From assembly GCA_964016885.1 (NCBI GenBank), contig OZ024740.1:357120001-357184000 (forward strand): a stretch of 64,000 bases of DNA, read 5' to 3'. Position 1 is the first letter of the stretch. Every line of letters starts with the position of its first letter. Shown here piece after piece: positions 22,660 through 36,448 of this stretch. This DNA comes from Eledone cirrhosa. Its lineage: Eukaryota. The notes under the pieces were generated by a model that was not told the DNA's origin, searched no databases, and saw only the letters and a list, made by a program, of their open reading frames with translations. Both the position numbers and the translations under genes were made by a program.

Positions 22660-23295
22660 GATATAAACCTTTTCCAGTCACAGGAAAGGTCCATAGAAGT
22701 GGTTGATAGCTTCTGCTATCTAGGTGACTTAATTAGCAGTGGAGAAGGGTGTTCTGAGAGAATAATGACTAGAATATGGATAGGATGGAAAAAGTTTGGA
22801 GAACTACTCTGTTTTGACCATAAATGTTTTCTCCCTATGTATAAAAGGAGGATTTTATGATGCCTGTGTTCAAAGTTGGATGCTGTATTGTCGTAAAACA
22901 TGGGCTGTGACTGTAGAGGACATGCATAAACTGAAGAGAAATGAAGCAACCATGCTTAGTTGGACATGCAATGTAAGTGTGAGAGAAAGACAGAGCTTGG
23001 ACAAGTTGAGGGAGAAGCTGGGTTTAAGAGGAACCTGAGGTGGTGTGTAGGAGGGAAGACTGCATTTGTATGGACATGTGATATGCATGAATGGTGATCG
23101 TTGGGTGAAGAAATGCCATAAAATCCCATGGAAGGAAAGTGCAGTAGGGGTAGCCCAAGAAAGACCTGGGCAGAGGTGGTGTGAGATGATGGAGATGATA
23201 AAGGAATGCAATAAGTGGAGAGATACAGTGATGAGAAGGATCTGTCCAATTCATGCAAGTGTGGAAAAACGGATGTAAAAACGATGATGATGATC
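22660..23295 (+). mobile_element. Decayed RTE LINE 3' fragment
   Basis: IEVVDSFCYLGD, RI..GWKKF, YDACV, KTWAVT, LREKLG, YGHV motifs; (GAT)n tail. Confidence 0.9.
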
Positions 23296-23359
23296 ATTAT
23301 ATATGCACATATGTATATATATATGCATATGTATTTGTGTATATATAGGTATATATATA

Positions 23360-24352
23360 ATTTCAATTGCGCAGAGGGTTCTATAGAAATAGTGGACATC
23401 TTCCGTTACCTGGGTGACAAAATCAGCAGTGTTAGAGGGTGCTCTGAAAGTACAGTAGCTAGAGTCAGAACTGGATGGAAAAAGTTCAGAGAGCTTATAC
23501 CACTATTAGCCACTAAAGGGTTCTCCCTAAAAACGAAAGGCAGGTTGTATGATGCCTGCATACGGACAGCAATGTTGCATGGCAGTGAGACCTGGGCATT
23601 GTGTGCAGAGGATATACGCAGACTAGAGAGGAACGAAGCTTGCATGCTCCGCTGGATGTGTAATAGTAATATACGTGAACGGCAAAGCATAAACGAACTA
23701 AGGAAAAAATTAAAAATAAGAGGGATCAGATGTTGTTTACTCGAGAGAAGGCTACGTTGGTATGGTCACGTGATGCGCATGAAAGACGACAGCTGTATAA
23801 AAAAGTGCAGGGCAATAAAGATAGACGGTAGCCACGGAGGAGGCAGACCCAGAAAAACCTGGGACGAGCTGATAAATTCTGACCTCACACACTTACACCT
23901 CTCCAAGACAATGTCACTGGACCGAGACCTTTGGTGGTACTCAGTAATAGAGAAGACCCGCCTTACCTAAATACAAAGTAAAACCTACTACAGTCAGTAG
24001 GCATCTCTAACAGAATACACCCCCGTCCCACCACCCCCACCCCATCCACACCGCCCCTTTCAATGTAAAGTTATGTTGGTGTCACAACATCCAGGCCGAA
24101 ACAAATGAGATCGTGTAGGTGTCACGACAAAAAAACACACAGTCCACGCTGTAATGTGGCCATGTAGGCAACACGGTAAAAACCTCCCAGACCCACACTG
24201 TAAATGTGGTTGGTGTTAGGAAGGGCATCCAGCTGTAGAAACCCGTCAGACAGTCTTATGCGAGCAATGACAATCACTCTTGCCTCAAGTGGGAAAACTC
24301 CCGTCCAAACCCATGCAAGCGTGGAACATGGACGTTAAACGATGATGATGAT
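23360..24352 (+). mobile_element. 5'-truncated RTE LINE: open C-terminal ORF (to 23970) plus 3' UTR
   Basis: FRYLGD, RVRTGWKKFREL, MLHGSETWAL, LRWYGHVMR, GRPRKTW; tail acccatgcaagcgtggaacatggacgttaaac(gat)n. Confidence 0.95.
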
Positions 24353-24381
24353 AATGAAAATATATATATGTGTGTGTATAT

Positions 24382-24640
24382 ATCATCATCATCATCATCA
24401 CCATTTTATGTCTATTCTTCCACGCTAGCATGGGTTAGACGAGTTGTACTGTTGTGGGAAAAGCTAGGTCAGGAGACCATGCCTTGCTTATACAGAACTG
24501 ATTTTGGCTTGGTTACTACAGCTGGATGCCCTTCCTAATGCCAACCTCATTTACTGAGTACTGGGTGCTTTTTGTTGTGATGCCTGCATGACCACTTTAC
24601 AGTGTGGTCTGGGTGCCTTTTGTCATGATACTTACATGAC
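24382..24640 (-). mobile_element. SINE A / RTE tail fragment, inverted next to the preceding LINE tail
   Basis: (CAT)n, ccacgctagcatgggttagacg, cagctggatgcccttcctaa; + copy at 27050-27325. Confidence 0.85.
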
Positions 24641-25143
24641 CAACATACAGTAGGAGGGTGGGGTGACACATGCTGTATATATGCTTCAGCTTCGACTGTG
24701 CCCATGGGAAGTCGAGTCTTCTGTGTGTATTTAAGGGACAGTAACATCTCTTCAAAACAAAATTCTAGCAGATTTGAAGAAATTATTTCATATTTTACTG
24801 GTTTCATTCATTAGACTATGGCCATGCTGGGGCACCGCTTTGAAAGGATGTTGTCAATCATATTGACCCCAGTATTTATATTTTCAAGTGTGGTACTTAT
24901 TTGGTTGATTTATTTTTGTCAAATTTGAATTTTGAATTCCATTGACACTGAAGCACTTCACAAATCATTACTCTGAATTTCATGTTACCAATCTTTGGGA
25001 AAGGAATTGATAATTTGGGAAACTTTTCAATTTTGATAAAATCATATGTATGATGCCACAAGAGACAAAGAAAAAATTGATTCTAAATATTGTCTCTTCA
25101 AAAATTGTAATATGCAGTAAGGTTATTGCTGGTGTGCTAAAGG

Positions 25144-25181
<38 letters not shown>

Positions 25182-25449
25182 ATATATATATATATTCAAT
25201 ATATATATATATATTCAATATATATATGAAATGAATATATATATATATATTGAATATATATATATGAAATGAATATATATATATATACACACACACAATA
25301 GAATGCTATTGAAGTGTGTATACATTTTTTTAGACACCTTGTATAGAGAAAAAAAGAGAGAGAGGCATTACCAAATGAAGCATTGATCTTACTGTTTTCA
25401 TCTAACAAGAACTTTTGAAACAATTTATAACAAGTTAGTTTCACTTGTT

Positions 25450-25990
25450 AGTTTGAGAGCAGCTTATTTATTGACTAAGAAAAGAAATCTATTTACAAAC
25501 ATTGGATTAATTAAATCTTGTAAGATAGCGACAGCTGAAGAAGTTTGTCCAAAAAAAGAAAACATTTTTATTCAAGAATATTGGTTATTCTGTAAAAGCA
25601 TTAGACATAGACCACATCATGTGCTAATTAACCTATAAATACAAGATTTTCTATGAGTTTTCTTTGCTTGTTAATGATTTGACAGAAGTGTCCAACAATT
25701 AGGAAATTAATTCTAACATTGAAGTTACAGAAGAACTAACTCCAGTAAATAGCATGCATGGAAAAACGTACTTGTAAAGACATTTTTAAAGAGGTGAAGA
25801 AAACTGTGACTAAGTACAATTTGGTTTGGAAATATCTAAAACGTATCACAGCTACAAAAATATTTGTGGTGTAGGGAAAAAGTTTCTTTGAACAAGTCTA
25901 CAAAACAGTACGGGGGGTACAAAATCTATAGTGTTTTAATGCATCATTCACCAGCAAACACTTTATGGAAAACATATATGTTGTAGAATA
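25450..25990 (+). pseudogene. hAT (GTF2IRD2/SPIN/Charlie-like) transposase relic
   Basis: LIKSC..TAEEVCP, EVTEEL..VNSMHG.RTC.DIFKEV, CIIHQQ.LYGK motifs with stops and frameshifts. Confidence 0.75.
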
Positions 25991-26009
25991 GAACCAATCA
26001 TATCAGCAG

Positions 26010-26270
26010 TGAAGATGACTCAAGAATGGATAAGTTACAATCTCCATGATCACATCACTCCAAACATATGGCTACCTAGTTCTTTAGACCTGAATCTGTT
26101 GGACTATTACATATGGGGCATAGTCAAAAAGAAAGTCAATCAATGCCCCCATTACACTTTAAAAATCTCTGAAGTCCACCATAACTAGCTCAATGTCCAA
26201 AATAGATGAAGACCATATGATTCAGGAAGCAATCATTGATACTAATGGTGAATTCATTGAGTAGATGCAT
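26010..26270 (+). pseudogene. Tc1/mariner-superfamily (DD37D-like) transposase C-terminal relic
   Basis: HITPNIWLPSSLDLNLLDYYIWGIVKKKVN..PH corresponds to the WPPNSPDLNPLDY..W motif. Confidence 0.75.
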
Positions 26271-26483
26271 CAAGAAGAGTTTCAAGATTATTCATGCCAA
26301 TTTTTACTAAAATAAAGCTCTTCTTTCATAACTTATGAATCTTTTACTAAATTTATGACTGTTTATTGCTTCAACTTTCCAGCACTATTCATTATGATTG
26401 AATCATTACTATTAATTATATTAATTGTTTCTACTTTAGGCACAAGGCCAGCAATTACCAGTGCATTACTGGTACTTTATTTT

Positions 26484-26776
26484 ATCGACCCCGTAAGGAT
26501 GAAATTAATTATATTAATGATACTATATCATTCTGAGAATAATGATACTATAGTGCCAGAAAAAATACCTTACTGGTACTTTATTTTATCGACCCCGTAA
26601 GGATGAAATTAATTATATTAATGATACTATATCATTCTGAGAATAATGATACTATAGTGCCAGAAAAAATACCACTTGGTATCGACCCCGTAAGGATGAA
26701 ATTAATTATATTAATGATACTATATCATTCTGAGAATAATGATACTATAGTGCCAGAAAAAATACCACTTGGTATT
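26484..26776 (+). repeat. Three near-perfect tandem copies (periods 104 and 93 bp) spanning a SINE B junction
   Basis: atcgaccccgtaaggatgaaattaattatattaatgatactatatcattctgagaataatgatactatagtgccagaaaaaatacc starts at 26484, 26588 and 26681. Confidence 0.95.
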
Positions 26777-29700
26777 AAGTTGTACTCTTTCATATTATGG
26801 CAACAACTCCTACTGAGGTCAATTAGGCTTTTCATCATTTTACAGATTGATAAATAACAGTGAATTATTGGTATCAATATAATCCATCCCCTGAAACTTT
26901 TGGTTGTATGTTGTTATTGTTATTGATCGTTTACTGAACTGTTTTGTTAAATGCAAAGCACATAAATGATTTAGAGTGTTTATATATATCCATACGCACA
27001 CACACAATCTTCCCATTCTTTCTTATTTAACTCGAGATGGATATTGACTGACACAGCCCACACTGTATAGTGGTCATGTAGGTATCATGACAAACAGCAC
27101 CCAGCCCACACTGTAAAGAGGTCAATTAGGCATCACACAAAAAGCACCCTGTACTCACTGTAAATGAGGTTGGCATTAGGATGGGCATCCAGCTGTAGCA
27201 ACTAAGCCAAAATCAGTTCTGTACAAGCAAAACATGGTCACCTGACCTAGCATCGCCCACAACAAGACAACTCGTCTAGCCCATGCTAGTGTCGAAAATA
27301 GATGTAAAACGGTGATGATGATGTCACCTTGCATAATTGTATTTACATGCAAAAGAAGCACAACTATATTATAATGGTGAAATAACTGATATTTTTATCT
27401 ACAGTAGTGAGATAACTTACTATATGATATATTTGATGAAAGCATTCATGGAAAATATTCATATATTCCATCTAATACATTTCGACTTTGGTTAAAAGAT
27501 ACTATTGATTTATTTGACATATCTGAGAAATGTATTGTCATAAATCAGAGACAACATCAGTGCATAATTATTATGTTACAAATAAATATATAGCTCACTC
27601 TTGCCACATCACTCAAGCACACCAACATCACTTATCTACCAGAACATACTTACTTCCCCTCCCTCCAGCCTTTGAGAGTCCTCTGCAGTCAAGGTCTAAG
27701 ACTCATCAACATGCATGCAAGTATCAGACAGTATCACAGTCTTCTCCCCATCCATGCTTGTTAGCAAAAATACTAGCTCTCTAACTTCCTCCAGTCTTTT
27801 TTACTCTGGCTACCACACTTTCAGAGCATCCTCCCACCTTCCTCCACTACAGACTGGTCACTCACGCAACAAAAGTCTTTAACAACTTCTGGGAGCCTCT
27901 TGGGCAATTGAGTGAATCTTGAAGCAAAAAGTGTTTGATAATATCTAAAACTAACTAGTTATATTTTAACTGAAATATGGCAACTGAAATGTGGCAACTG
28001 AAAGATAATGTATGTTAGCGAAGGAATATTCAGAGTTGAAAGGTCAAGGAATTTATCCTGCTATCATCATATTTCTAATTAGTGAGTGGCATTTTACATA
28101 TCATGTTTTATATGCTTGTTAGTAATTAGTGATATAAAGACATTAAGCTCCCTATCCATTTAGCTGTATATACTTTTGTTTGCTGACAAAAGTTCCTTGT
28201 CTCTGAAGTTAAAATACAACTAATAGTGTAGTGGGTATGTTTTGGAAGCTCCTGCAATATTGAGGTAACAAAATTGCATGAGGAAGGGGAGAGGTGAGAT
28301 TGAGTACAAAAAAGGAAAGATGGAAGAAAAGCAAGAAATGAGATTATGTTTCCTTGGTAATATTTAATTATTCCAATATGTTTTGGATATACTATCCATT
28401 ATCAAAGGATCTGTTGAGAACTTCAGAGAATATCTGAGAGGACATTTTTGGCCCCTATGTGGCTTTTGTTAAAGTTATGACTGATTGAGTTCTGCACACA
28501 TGCTTAACATGCATGTGGCATTCATTTGGGTCTATCCTGATTGCAGTGGCTGGTGGCTTTATCAGGTAGGTATTATCTGTACTTGTTGGGGTGGTGGTGT
28601 AGCCAGTAGGTTGTCTGACCATTTCAGTGAAGGCTAGCAATATGGCTGTTACTTTTACATATCATCTTAGCAACATGAGTTATATACTCATTACTTCCAT
28701 AACCTTAACCTCTTCAACTGCTTGGGATAAATGTTGAGGTTACTTAGTTTTATTTTACAATTTAGGCTTTGTGAAGAAAGCAACATATTAAAATGTAATG
28801 AAAATAAGACTGGCACAGCTCATTTACATAATGCTACAAAATATCATCATTGTCATGCTAGCATGGACCGTGCATGTTATCATGGTCCTTGACAAGATGG
28901 GGCGGATAACCATAATTTCCATATTTTGGTATAGTTCCCTATTGTGAGATGGCCTTCCTAACTTCAACCACTTTGTAGAGTGTACTGAATGCATTTTTGT
29001 CATGACACCAGCACTAGAGAGGTTGTCATATACTTGGCAAAACTGAAGAGTCCTCTCTACCATATATTGTGTCTATTCATTTGTCAACCACTTTATAGGA
29101 GTCACAGAGTGCCTCCCTCCCATTGTCACATAAACAGACCTCCTGTAGGGTTAAAAGTGACATCTCCACCCCATGCAGTCTTTAATCATTCACCACATAT
29201 ACTTTTAATGTTGAAGTATTTGTACAGGTGGGTGTGTCTTTTCTAGCATGGTTGGGTTGTGAGTTATCACAATTTTGTGACATCTCCTTTGTGAGACATA
29301 TTCATATGAATCTGTATATTTATTATTTATTCTTAACCAATGCTGTATTGGTAATTGTTGCTATGCTATCCATTTCTATCATTAGGTGAATAAGCTGTGT
29401 CAGTTACAAGTTTTGTTTACAATTTAAGACTATTGATACCAACCCATATGAAAATACCTTGATTTTGATGTACATTAATGCTCACACTCATATCAAAACC
29501 TTCCATCATAATTTTATTTAAGAAATTTCTAAGTAATGTTTCAAGCATCAGCTCACTGATGAAAAAAAATTATGTCATTAAATTCTTCAAATTTTCAAAA
29601 TTGACTGTTACACAGGTAGTGTATTTCATTAGAAATACAGTAACAAAAGAGTTAATACCTAATGTTCTACTATTCCCAGCAATTTGAGAGTGAGAAATTA

Positions 29701-31484
29701 ATGACTGCTAACAAACTGTTAATGAAACCAATCAGTTCAATCTATATTTCAAATTGTCAAAATGGCCTTCATCAGTCTCATTTCCCTGCAAAACTAAATA
29801 CTAGTGGATATGACTATATATTAATGTATCCATAGTCCACACTGTATTTGTACTCTAGTAAACAAACTATGCTCATCATTTCAATATCCACTGAAAACCA
29901 CATCTATTAAAGTGTTTGAATTTAAATATAAACTTTGGACTGAAATCTCATTACAACATACCAAATAATATTAGATTTCAGTAGTTAAATATTTGTCTTT
30001 TAAGTTGAAAGGTAGTTATGTCACTAAACCTCTCATAAGTATTAATTATTCTGATAATTAAAACAAAAGAATTATATTGTTGTAAGAGATATGCTAATGA
30101 AAGAGTGTTCCTCACTGCTCTTCTGCGAACCTGAAAAGGTAATTGACACCATCTCTCTTCAGATACAATAAAAAAAACACTTATGCCAGGAACATTATTC
30201 CATCACTCTAAATATAGATTACTACAGTATTTCCAATTGATTTTAAGTGAGGATATCAGTTCAAAGTGAGATTAGGGATTTCAAAATGAGAATTTATGAT
30301 TAAAGGTGAGAATAGCTATTTCAAAATTAGATTAACACAAAAAAATTGTGACTATAATATTTTGAGGGGCAGACAACATAAAATAAAATCGTAAACTCAT
30401 TTGTAATGTCAATAATGTGAACTTGCTTGGATAATTATAGGTTTTATCAACCTAGTAATGCTTTCTAAAAAGAAAACTCCTCATCTGGCTGCAATATTTT
30501 CAGGTGTAAGTACAGCAATGGCACCAATCCACAATCTAAGAGCTAACTGAGCAACATTAGGCACTTGTGTATACTTTGTACAATTTTCTCTTGTTGCCGT
30601 TTGTCTAGGTATTACAATAAAACACTGTTCAAAGAATAAGCACTTAAATGATTAGGTGCTGCACTGTTCCTAAAAAATACATTCGTGCAAACATTTTAGA
30701 AGACACACTTCATCAGATTTTATCAATGCTAGAAAAATGAGTTATTACAATTGTAATTTAAAAAGAGCAGTCTTTCCTTTTGTTTTATTTATATATTCTC
30801 CTACTGGTATAGTCTTTCCTAATCCACAAGAAGATACATTATGTATTCTTAGCTAAGTAGATCAAGTAAATTTACTTTTATTTAACATGAGCTCACTATG
30901 ATATCGCTATTCCCACTTTGATATAAAATGTGTCCACTTTGAAAATGTTATTCTCATTTCAAAATGATATTTCCTCACTTTAAAGAGATAAGAGCAATCA
31001 GCTGGTAGTGGAGAAAGAAAAATATTTTTTCCAACAAAGTATATCTAAATTTTCAAAAACCATTCCAGTGATGTTGATCGACAAAATTATTATAAAATGA
31101 TTTAAAAACCTTAAATAATCCCTAATAAATTAGTAAATTAGTATTTGCTATTCTGTATTTAATATGGAATAGTGGTTCTTCACCTTTTTTGGTCTGTGTT
31201 CTCATCATTAAAGCTACAGTAAGCAGTATGTTGTTCTCCCTGATGCAACACTTTATCTATCCACAGTGTGACTGTTGACTAGATAGACAGAGTTTGAGTC
31301 TAATTATCAGATTTATAATTTCTGGTCTTGTTTTGCAATAAAATTATTTTACCCTATTTAAATTATCAGGTTGAAACACAACAAAATAAACAAATACATT
31401 TGATAGTAAATATTTTTGAAGTATCTGTTGTAAAATATGCATTGTCCTGTACTAATAGTGACAAGTTTTTTTAATTTATTATAG

Positions 31485-31681
31485 AAGTGAAAAAAGAAGC
31501 TTTAACAGCTTTGAATATTGCTATGGATATGTATGCTCAAGGAAAGAATGAGAAGGCCCTAAAATTGTTTCAGCATGCTATTGCTTTGGATCCTCAGCAT
31601 GCTGATATCCTGAATGAATATGGAGAGTTCATAGAAAAATACGAAAAAGATGTTATTCTTGCCAATCACCTCTACCGCAAA
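31485..31681 (+). CDS. FICD: FICD coding exon 2, TPR repeats (E-VKKEALTALNIAMDMYAQGKNEKALKLFQHAIALDPQHADILNEYGEF...)
   Basis: TAG acceptor; TPR consensus matching metazoan FICD; donor AAA|GTAAGC. Confidence 0.95.
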
Positions 31682-31796
31682 GTAAGCCATTTCATTTATT
31701 TAAGAAGCATTTTACAGGTCTTTTTTTTTTTCTTATTAACATTAATTACAACTGTTGTAAGTTTTTTATCAATATTATTCTTTCTTTTCATTTTAG

Positions 31797-32696
31797 GCTT
31801 TGGTAATGAGACCCACTCACACGAAAGCTGTGATAAACTGTGAGAGAACAATGCCAATTGTTGAAGAAATTGATCAGATTCGTTTCAACAGGATCGACAA
31901 AAAACGAGATAGATTGTATAAAATTCCATCCAACCATCCTGGTGTAAGACGTGCAAAAAAAGAAACTTACTATCTTCATATTTATCATACAAATGCAATA
32001 GAAGGAAATACACTCACTCTTGAACAGACTCGAGCAATTATTGAGACACGAATGGCAATAGGAGGCAAAAGTCTGCTGGAACAGAATGAAGTTATTGGTA
32101 TTGATGCAGCTTTAGGATTTATGAACAATAGCTTGTTAGGAAAAGTCGGAAATTTAAATCTAGATGACATTCTAGAGATTCACAAACGAGTCCTTGGCTA
32201 TGTAGATCCTACAGAAGGTGGTCGTCTTCGACGCTCACAAGTCTACGTTGGTCATTTTAAGCCTCCTGCTTCAAAAGATTTACCAGAACTTATGAAAGAA
32301 TTTATTTTGTGGTTAAACTCTGAAGAAGCTTCCAAAATACACCCAATTGAATATGCAGCTCTTGCTCACTATAAATTAGTCACTATTCATCCATTTTATG
32401 ATGGTAATGGCAGGACATCCAGGCTGCTCATGAATCTCATACTCATGCAAGCTGGCTTTCCTCCGGTCTCTATTAAAGTAGAAGATCGTTTTCGCTATTA
32501 TGAAACATTAGAGATGGCCAATGAAGGTGATATTCGACCATTTATGCGTTTCATTGCAGAATGTACTGAAAGAACTATAGATGAGTTTTTATTAGCTGCA
32601 GTTGAACATTCATCAAATGATACTCTATCTCTAGCAACTATACCAGAAGTTTCTGAGAGTGACCAAAGAAGAGTTGTCATAAACAGCTATCCCTAA
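31797..32696 (+). CDS. FICD: FICD coding exon 3, Fic catalytic domain
   Basis: Inhibitory helix TNAIEGN (E234 equivalent) and Fic motif [12 protein letters not shown] intact; TTTTAG acceptor; TAA at 32694-32696. Confidence 0.97.
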   Translation, partial: ALVMRPTHTKAVINCERTMPIVEEIDQIRFNRIDKKRDRLYKIPSNHPGVRRAKKETYYLHIYHTNAIEGNTLTLEQTRAIIETRMAIGGKSLLEQNEVIGIDAALGFMNNSLLGKVGNLNLDDILEIHKRVLGYVDPTEGGRLRRSQVYVGHFKPPASKDLPELMKEFILWLNSEEASKIHPIEYAALAHYKLVTIHPFYDGNGRTSRLLMNLILMQAGFPPVSIKVEDRFRYYETLEMANEGDIRPFMRFIAECTERTIDEFLLAAVEHSSNDTLSLATIPEVSESDQRRVVINSYP

Positions 32697-33399
32697 TCTA
32701 TCAACAGTATCCTAGTTTATTTTTAGTTTTTCATGTTGCTTCTCTCATCTTCTGCATATGTTTTATAATGTATTATTATGAGAAGTACATTGACATTTTA
32801 ATAATTGTTCAAAAGAGAACAAGGAAAGCAGTGTGTGAGTGTGTGTGTGTGCATTCAATGCTCTGTTTATTGTGTGTGATTGGTTTTAAGTTATAGAATA
32901 CATGAGTAAGTGTACATATTGATTATTTGTAAATATATGATACATGTAATAATTCAAAGTTCTGCTCTATTGTATATATTTATGTGTGTGTGAGTATTCA
33001 TTTATTGATTAGTCATTGGACTAAGCTAGGCCATTGTCTTCAAGGATTTAGTTGACCACAGCAACCCCAATACTTGTTTCAGTCTGGTACTTATTTCATT
33101 GCTCTCTATCTCTATATATATATAGGATCACTAAGTTACCTTTATGACACCATACCAATTTTATACTAATTTTTAAAAACATAAACAGACACACACTTAC
33201 ATATGCATATATCATGCTGTATTGAAAGTTCTGTACAATTTTTTGCAATGACAAATAAAACAAAATAGTCACCATTGTTTTCAAGACATAGTCATCTGAT
33301 CTGGCTTGTCTCACAACGGGACAATTTGTTTAACCCATGCTAGCTTGGTAAAATGGAGGATAAACAGTGATGATGATGATGATGATTATCACATCTGTC

Positions 33400-34165
33400 A
33401 ACAAGCTTTTGGTGTCACGTGTATAAAATTCTTCAGATTTTGAGTTGAAGTAAGAGACTAACTCATTTTCAACCTCTCCTTTTGAAGGTTGTCAAAATCC
33501 ATCATGGCTTTGCAAACTTCTAAACAAATGTTAATTGGAAGGTGCAAGGTCTGAGGAATATGGTGAATGAAGCATTTTTTTCCCAGCCAAGTTCTTTCAG
33601 AAGATTTTGGGTCCTTCATGCATTATGGGGTCGTGTGTTATTTATCATAGTGAAGGACGATCCTTTTTCTGTTTGGTAAAGATGGACGTTTTGTGTCCAA
33701 AGCTGCTTTTAAATGCCTTAGCTGCTGGCAGTAAACTTTGGCTGTGATTGTTTGTTTAGCAGTTCATAATAAATGATTCCATGCATATCCCCACCATACA
33801 CTCAGAAGAATCTTCCTTGGCTGTAGGCCTACTTATGGCAGCTCTACAGGCTTTTCACCGTGACTAAACTTATGATGCCTTTGCTTAACATTATGGTAAA
33901 GGATCCACTTCTCATCCCTAGTAATGACTGTGTCTAAAAAAGGGATTTGAAGCTGTCAAGTATGCAATGATGCACAATAATGGACACATTGTTTGCAATT
34001 GTCTGCTGACAGGTCATGTGGGATCCACTTTCCAACCTTTGGAACTTATCCAAGCCTTTTAATTTCATGATAGATACTCATATGGATTACTTTGAAGTGC
34101 CCGCTGAGTTCCCTAACTGCAATGGTAGGGTTAGCATCAACAGCTGCCTCCAGTGCCTCAGAATC
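33400..34165 (-). pseudogene. mariner transposase relic
   Basis: Minus strand VIT.DEKWI.Y, HD...RPH-like and LHSPYSSDLAPS..HLFRSLQ (YSPDLAP) motifs, disrupted. Confidence 0.8.
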
Positions 34166-35302
34166 AAGTTACACTGCTGCATTTATACATGTATGTATGT
34201 ACATGCATATATATACATACATGCATATATATATATATATATGTATGTATATATACACACACACATACATACATATATATATATATATACATACATGCGT
34301 ATATATGTATGATCATACACAGATGAGTTTTATTTGTCATCAACTATACTGTGAGTTGTTTTCAATTTGCCTTCCTTTTTAGTTGCTTTTTTATGGTTTA
34401 GTCAAGTAAAAAAGGTCAGATCCCATATCTTCCATAGCCCCCTGTCTGATGCGATTAAGAAAGATTTGTAAAACACCAAACAAAATGCCTTACAATATTC
34501 AGATACATCTCTGTAAGTTCTGATTTCAAATACTGTCATGGTCAACTTTGCTTTTTTATCTTTTGAGGGTCAATAAAATAAGTACCAGTTAATTAGTGGG
34601 GTTGATTTAATTGATAACCTCACCCCTAAAAAAAACTATTGCTGGCTGTGTGTCTGAATTAGAAACCATTATTATAATTATTATTTATGTTCGTTTTATA
34701 GAATACTTGAAGATTTGGTATTTAGATTTGTTTGAGCCATATTTTTAGCCTAAAAATACTGTTATCTCTTAAAATCTTTCTTAACAGCTGTTAGGTATCA
34801 TAAGTTTCTTTGTTTTGTTTTTCAGCTAAAAACATTGTAAGAGGTTTAAACTGTCATAAAATATTGATAATACTAAAGGGCTGGTTTTATTAGAGATGAA
34901 TAGTCAAATATATTAAAATTACTTTGCATACTCACTCCTACTTGCTCACATCATGTATAGACATGATAGTGGACTTCCTCCCTGCCATCCACTAGGTTTC
35001 TGTTGAGAATTTAGTGTCAGTCAGTCTGCAAAGTAGCCAAAGATGCAACACATTACCAATAACAGGATACAAACTGTTAATCACTTGGATTCAGCATCTT
35101 GGCCACCTAAGGATCTCTACATATTCTCAAACATATATAGACATATTTTGTATGTCATGAAATAATGTATTTTTACTGATTAGATATGTTATTTATGGTG
35201 CATTCACATTGAACACACTTTGTATTTATAAAAAAATATATATTTGAGTGAATTTAATTCTGTCAAAGTATTCACAGTAAATACCTATTAAAATTAATTC
35301 AT

Positions 35303-35670
35303 GGAGGCACGTGGCTTAGTGGTTAGAGCATTGGCCTTACAATCGAAATGTTGTGAGTTCAATTCTCAGACCAGGTGATGTGTTGTTTCCTTGAGCAAGA
35401 CACTTTATTTCACATTGCTCCAGTTTACTCAGCTGTAGAAATGAGGTGATAGGACTGCAAAGTGAACGTGTAGGCGCCACGGCAAAAAAGCACCCAGCCC
35501 ACACTGCAAAGTGAACGTGTAGGCGCCAAGGAAAAAAAGCATCCAGCACTCACTGTAAATGAGGTTGGTGTTAGGAAGGGTATGCAACTGTAGAAATCAA
35601 GCCAGAATCAGTTCCCGTCCCACCCTTGCAAGCAGGGAAAAGTGGACGTAAAAATGATGATGATGATGAT
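35303..35670 (+). mobile_element. SINE family A
   Basis: ggcacgtggcttagtggttagagc A box, gagttcaattctc B box, CORE-like domain, RTE-like tail; internal ~50-bp duplication. Confidence 0.95.
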
Positions 35671-36448
35671 TCATCCTATAGGTTCTGTTAAACTGTCTAT
35701 TCAATGCAGACAACTTGCATATCCTATATATAATTTATCTTTATGTGGTAAATTGGCACCTTATACATTCCCTACATATTCTGTATGTTTGAAATGAATC
35801 CCTTGACACAGTATTCATATTGGATACTCAAGTTAATTTATGTGAAGTGTTATCTTCTTTACTTTGATTGTATTGTTATTTCAGTGGGGAAGGTATAACT
35901 TGCTGTGTAATATATTTGTATTGGATATGATATTCCCAGATGATGTATGTAACACACACTAGATGGAATGTCTTCTGGTGTTAGTATGTGATGCAAGTTA
36001 TTTATTCAACTGTTGTATCAATATCATATATTCCTTTCCTGTAGGGAAGTCTCATGGCTTAATGGTTATAGAAATGGGGTCATGTTTGTAAGTTTGATTC
36101 CCTGACCAGATGGTGCAAGACACTTTATTTCATGTTGTTCCACTCCACTGTAATAGGGCTAGCCATGACACATGTGTCATGCTGAATCTCCCTGAGAACT
36201 ATGTTTATAGTATACATCTGTGGATTGATCAGCTACTTGCATATTAAATCATAAGCCGGCTGTTCCAATGATTGTATCAACTAGAGCACTCATCTTTGGA
36301 AACAACAAAGGTTCAACATTCCTTTTCCAGTTATATCCATTCAAACTACTTCCATTTATGAAATGGTATTTCTACACCATGCTATAACTGGTATTGATAT
36401 AACTTCATCGGATATCAGATCTATTTCATAGATCTGATATCCGATGAA

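Noticed and set aside
27530-29250. Additional FICD exons or a nested gene in intron 1
   Set aside because: Short ORFs have no recognisable motifs; exon 1 and exon 2 phases already join to give a full-length protein.
31487-31843. 118-aa ORF with hydrophobic C-terminus as a separate membrane protein
   Set aside because: It is FICD exon 2 reading through a T-rich intron (31682-31796) with canonical GT-AG ends.
31797-32696. Bacterial Fic toxin or horizontal transfer
   Set aside because: TM + TPR + Fic architecture, spliceosomal introns and close similarity to metazoan FICD indicate the native gene.
35303-35380. tRNA genes
   Set aside because: A/B-box sequences are SINE heads continuing into CORE-like bodies; no complete cloverleaf acceptor stem.
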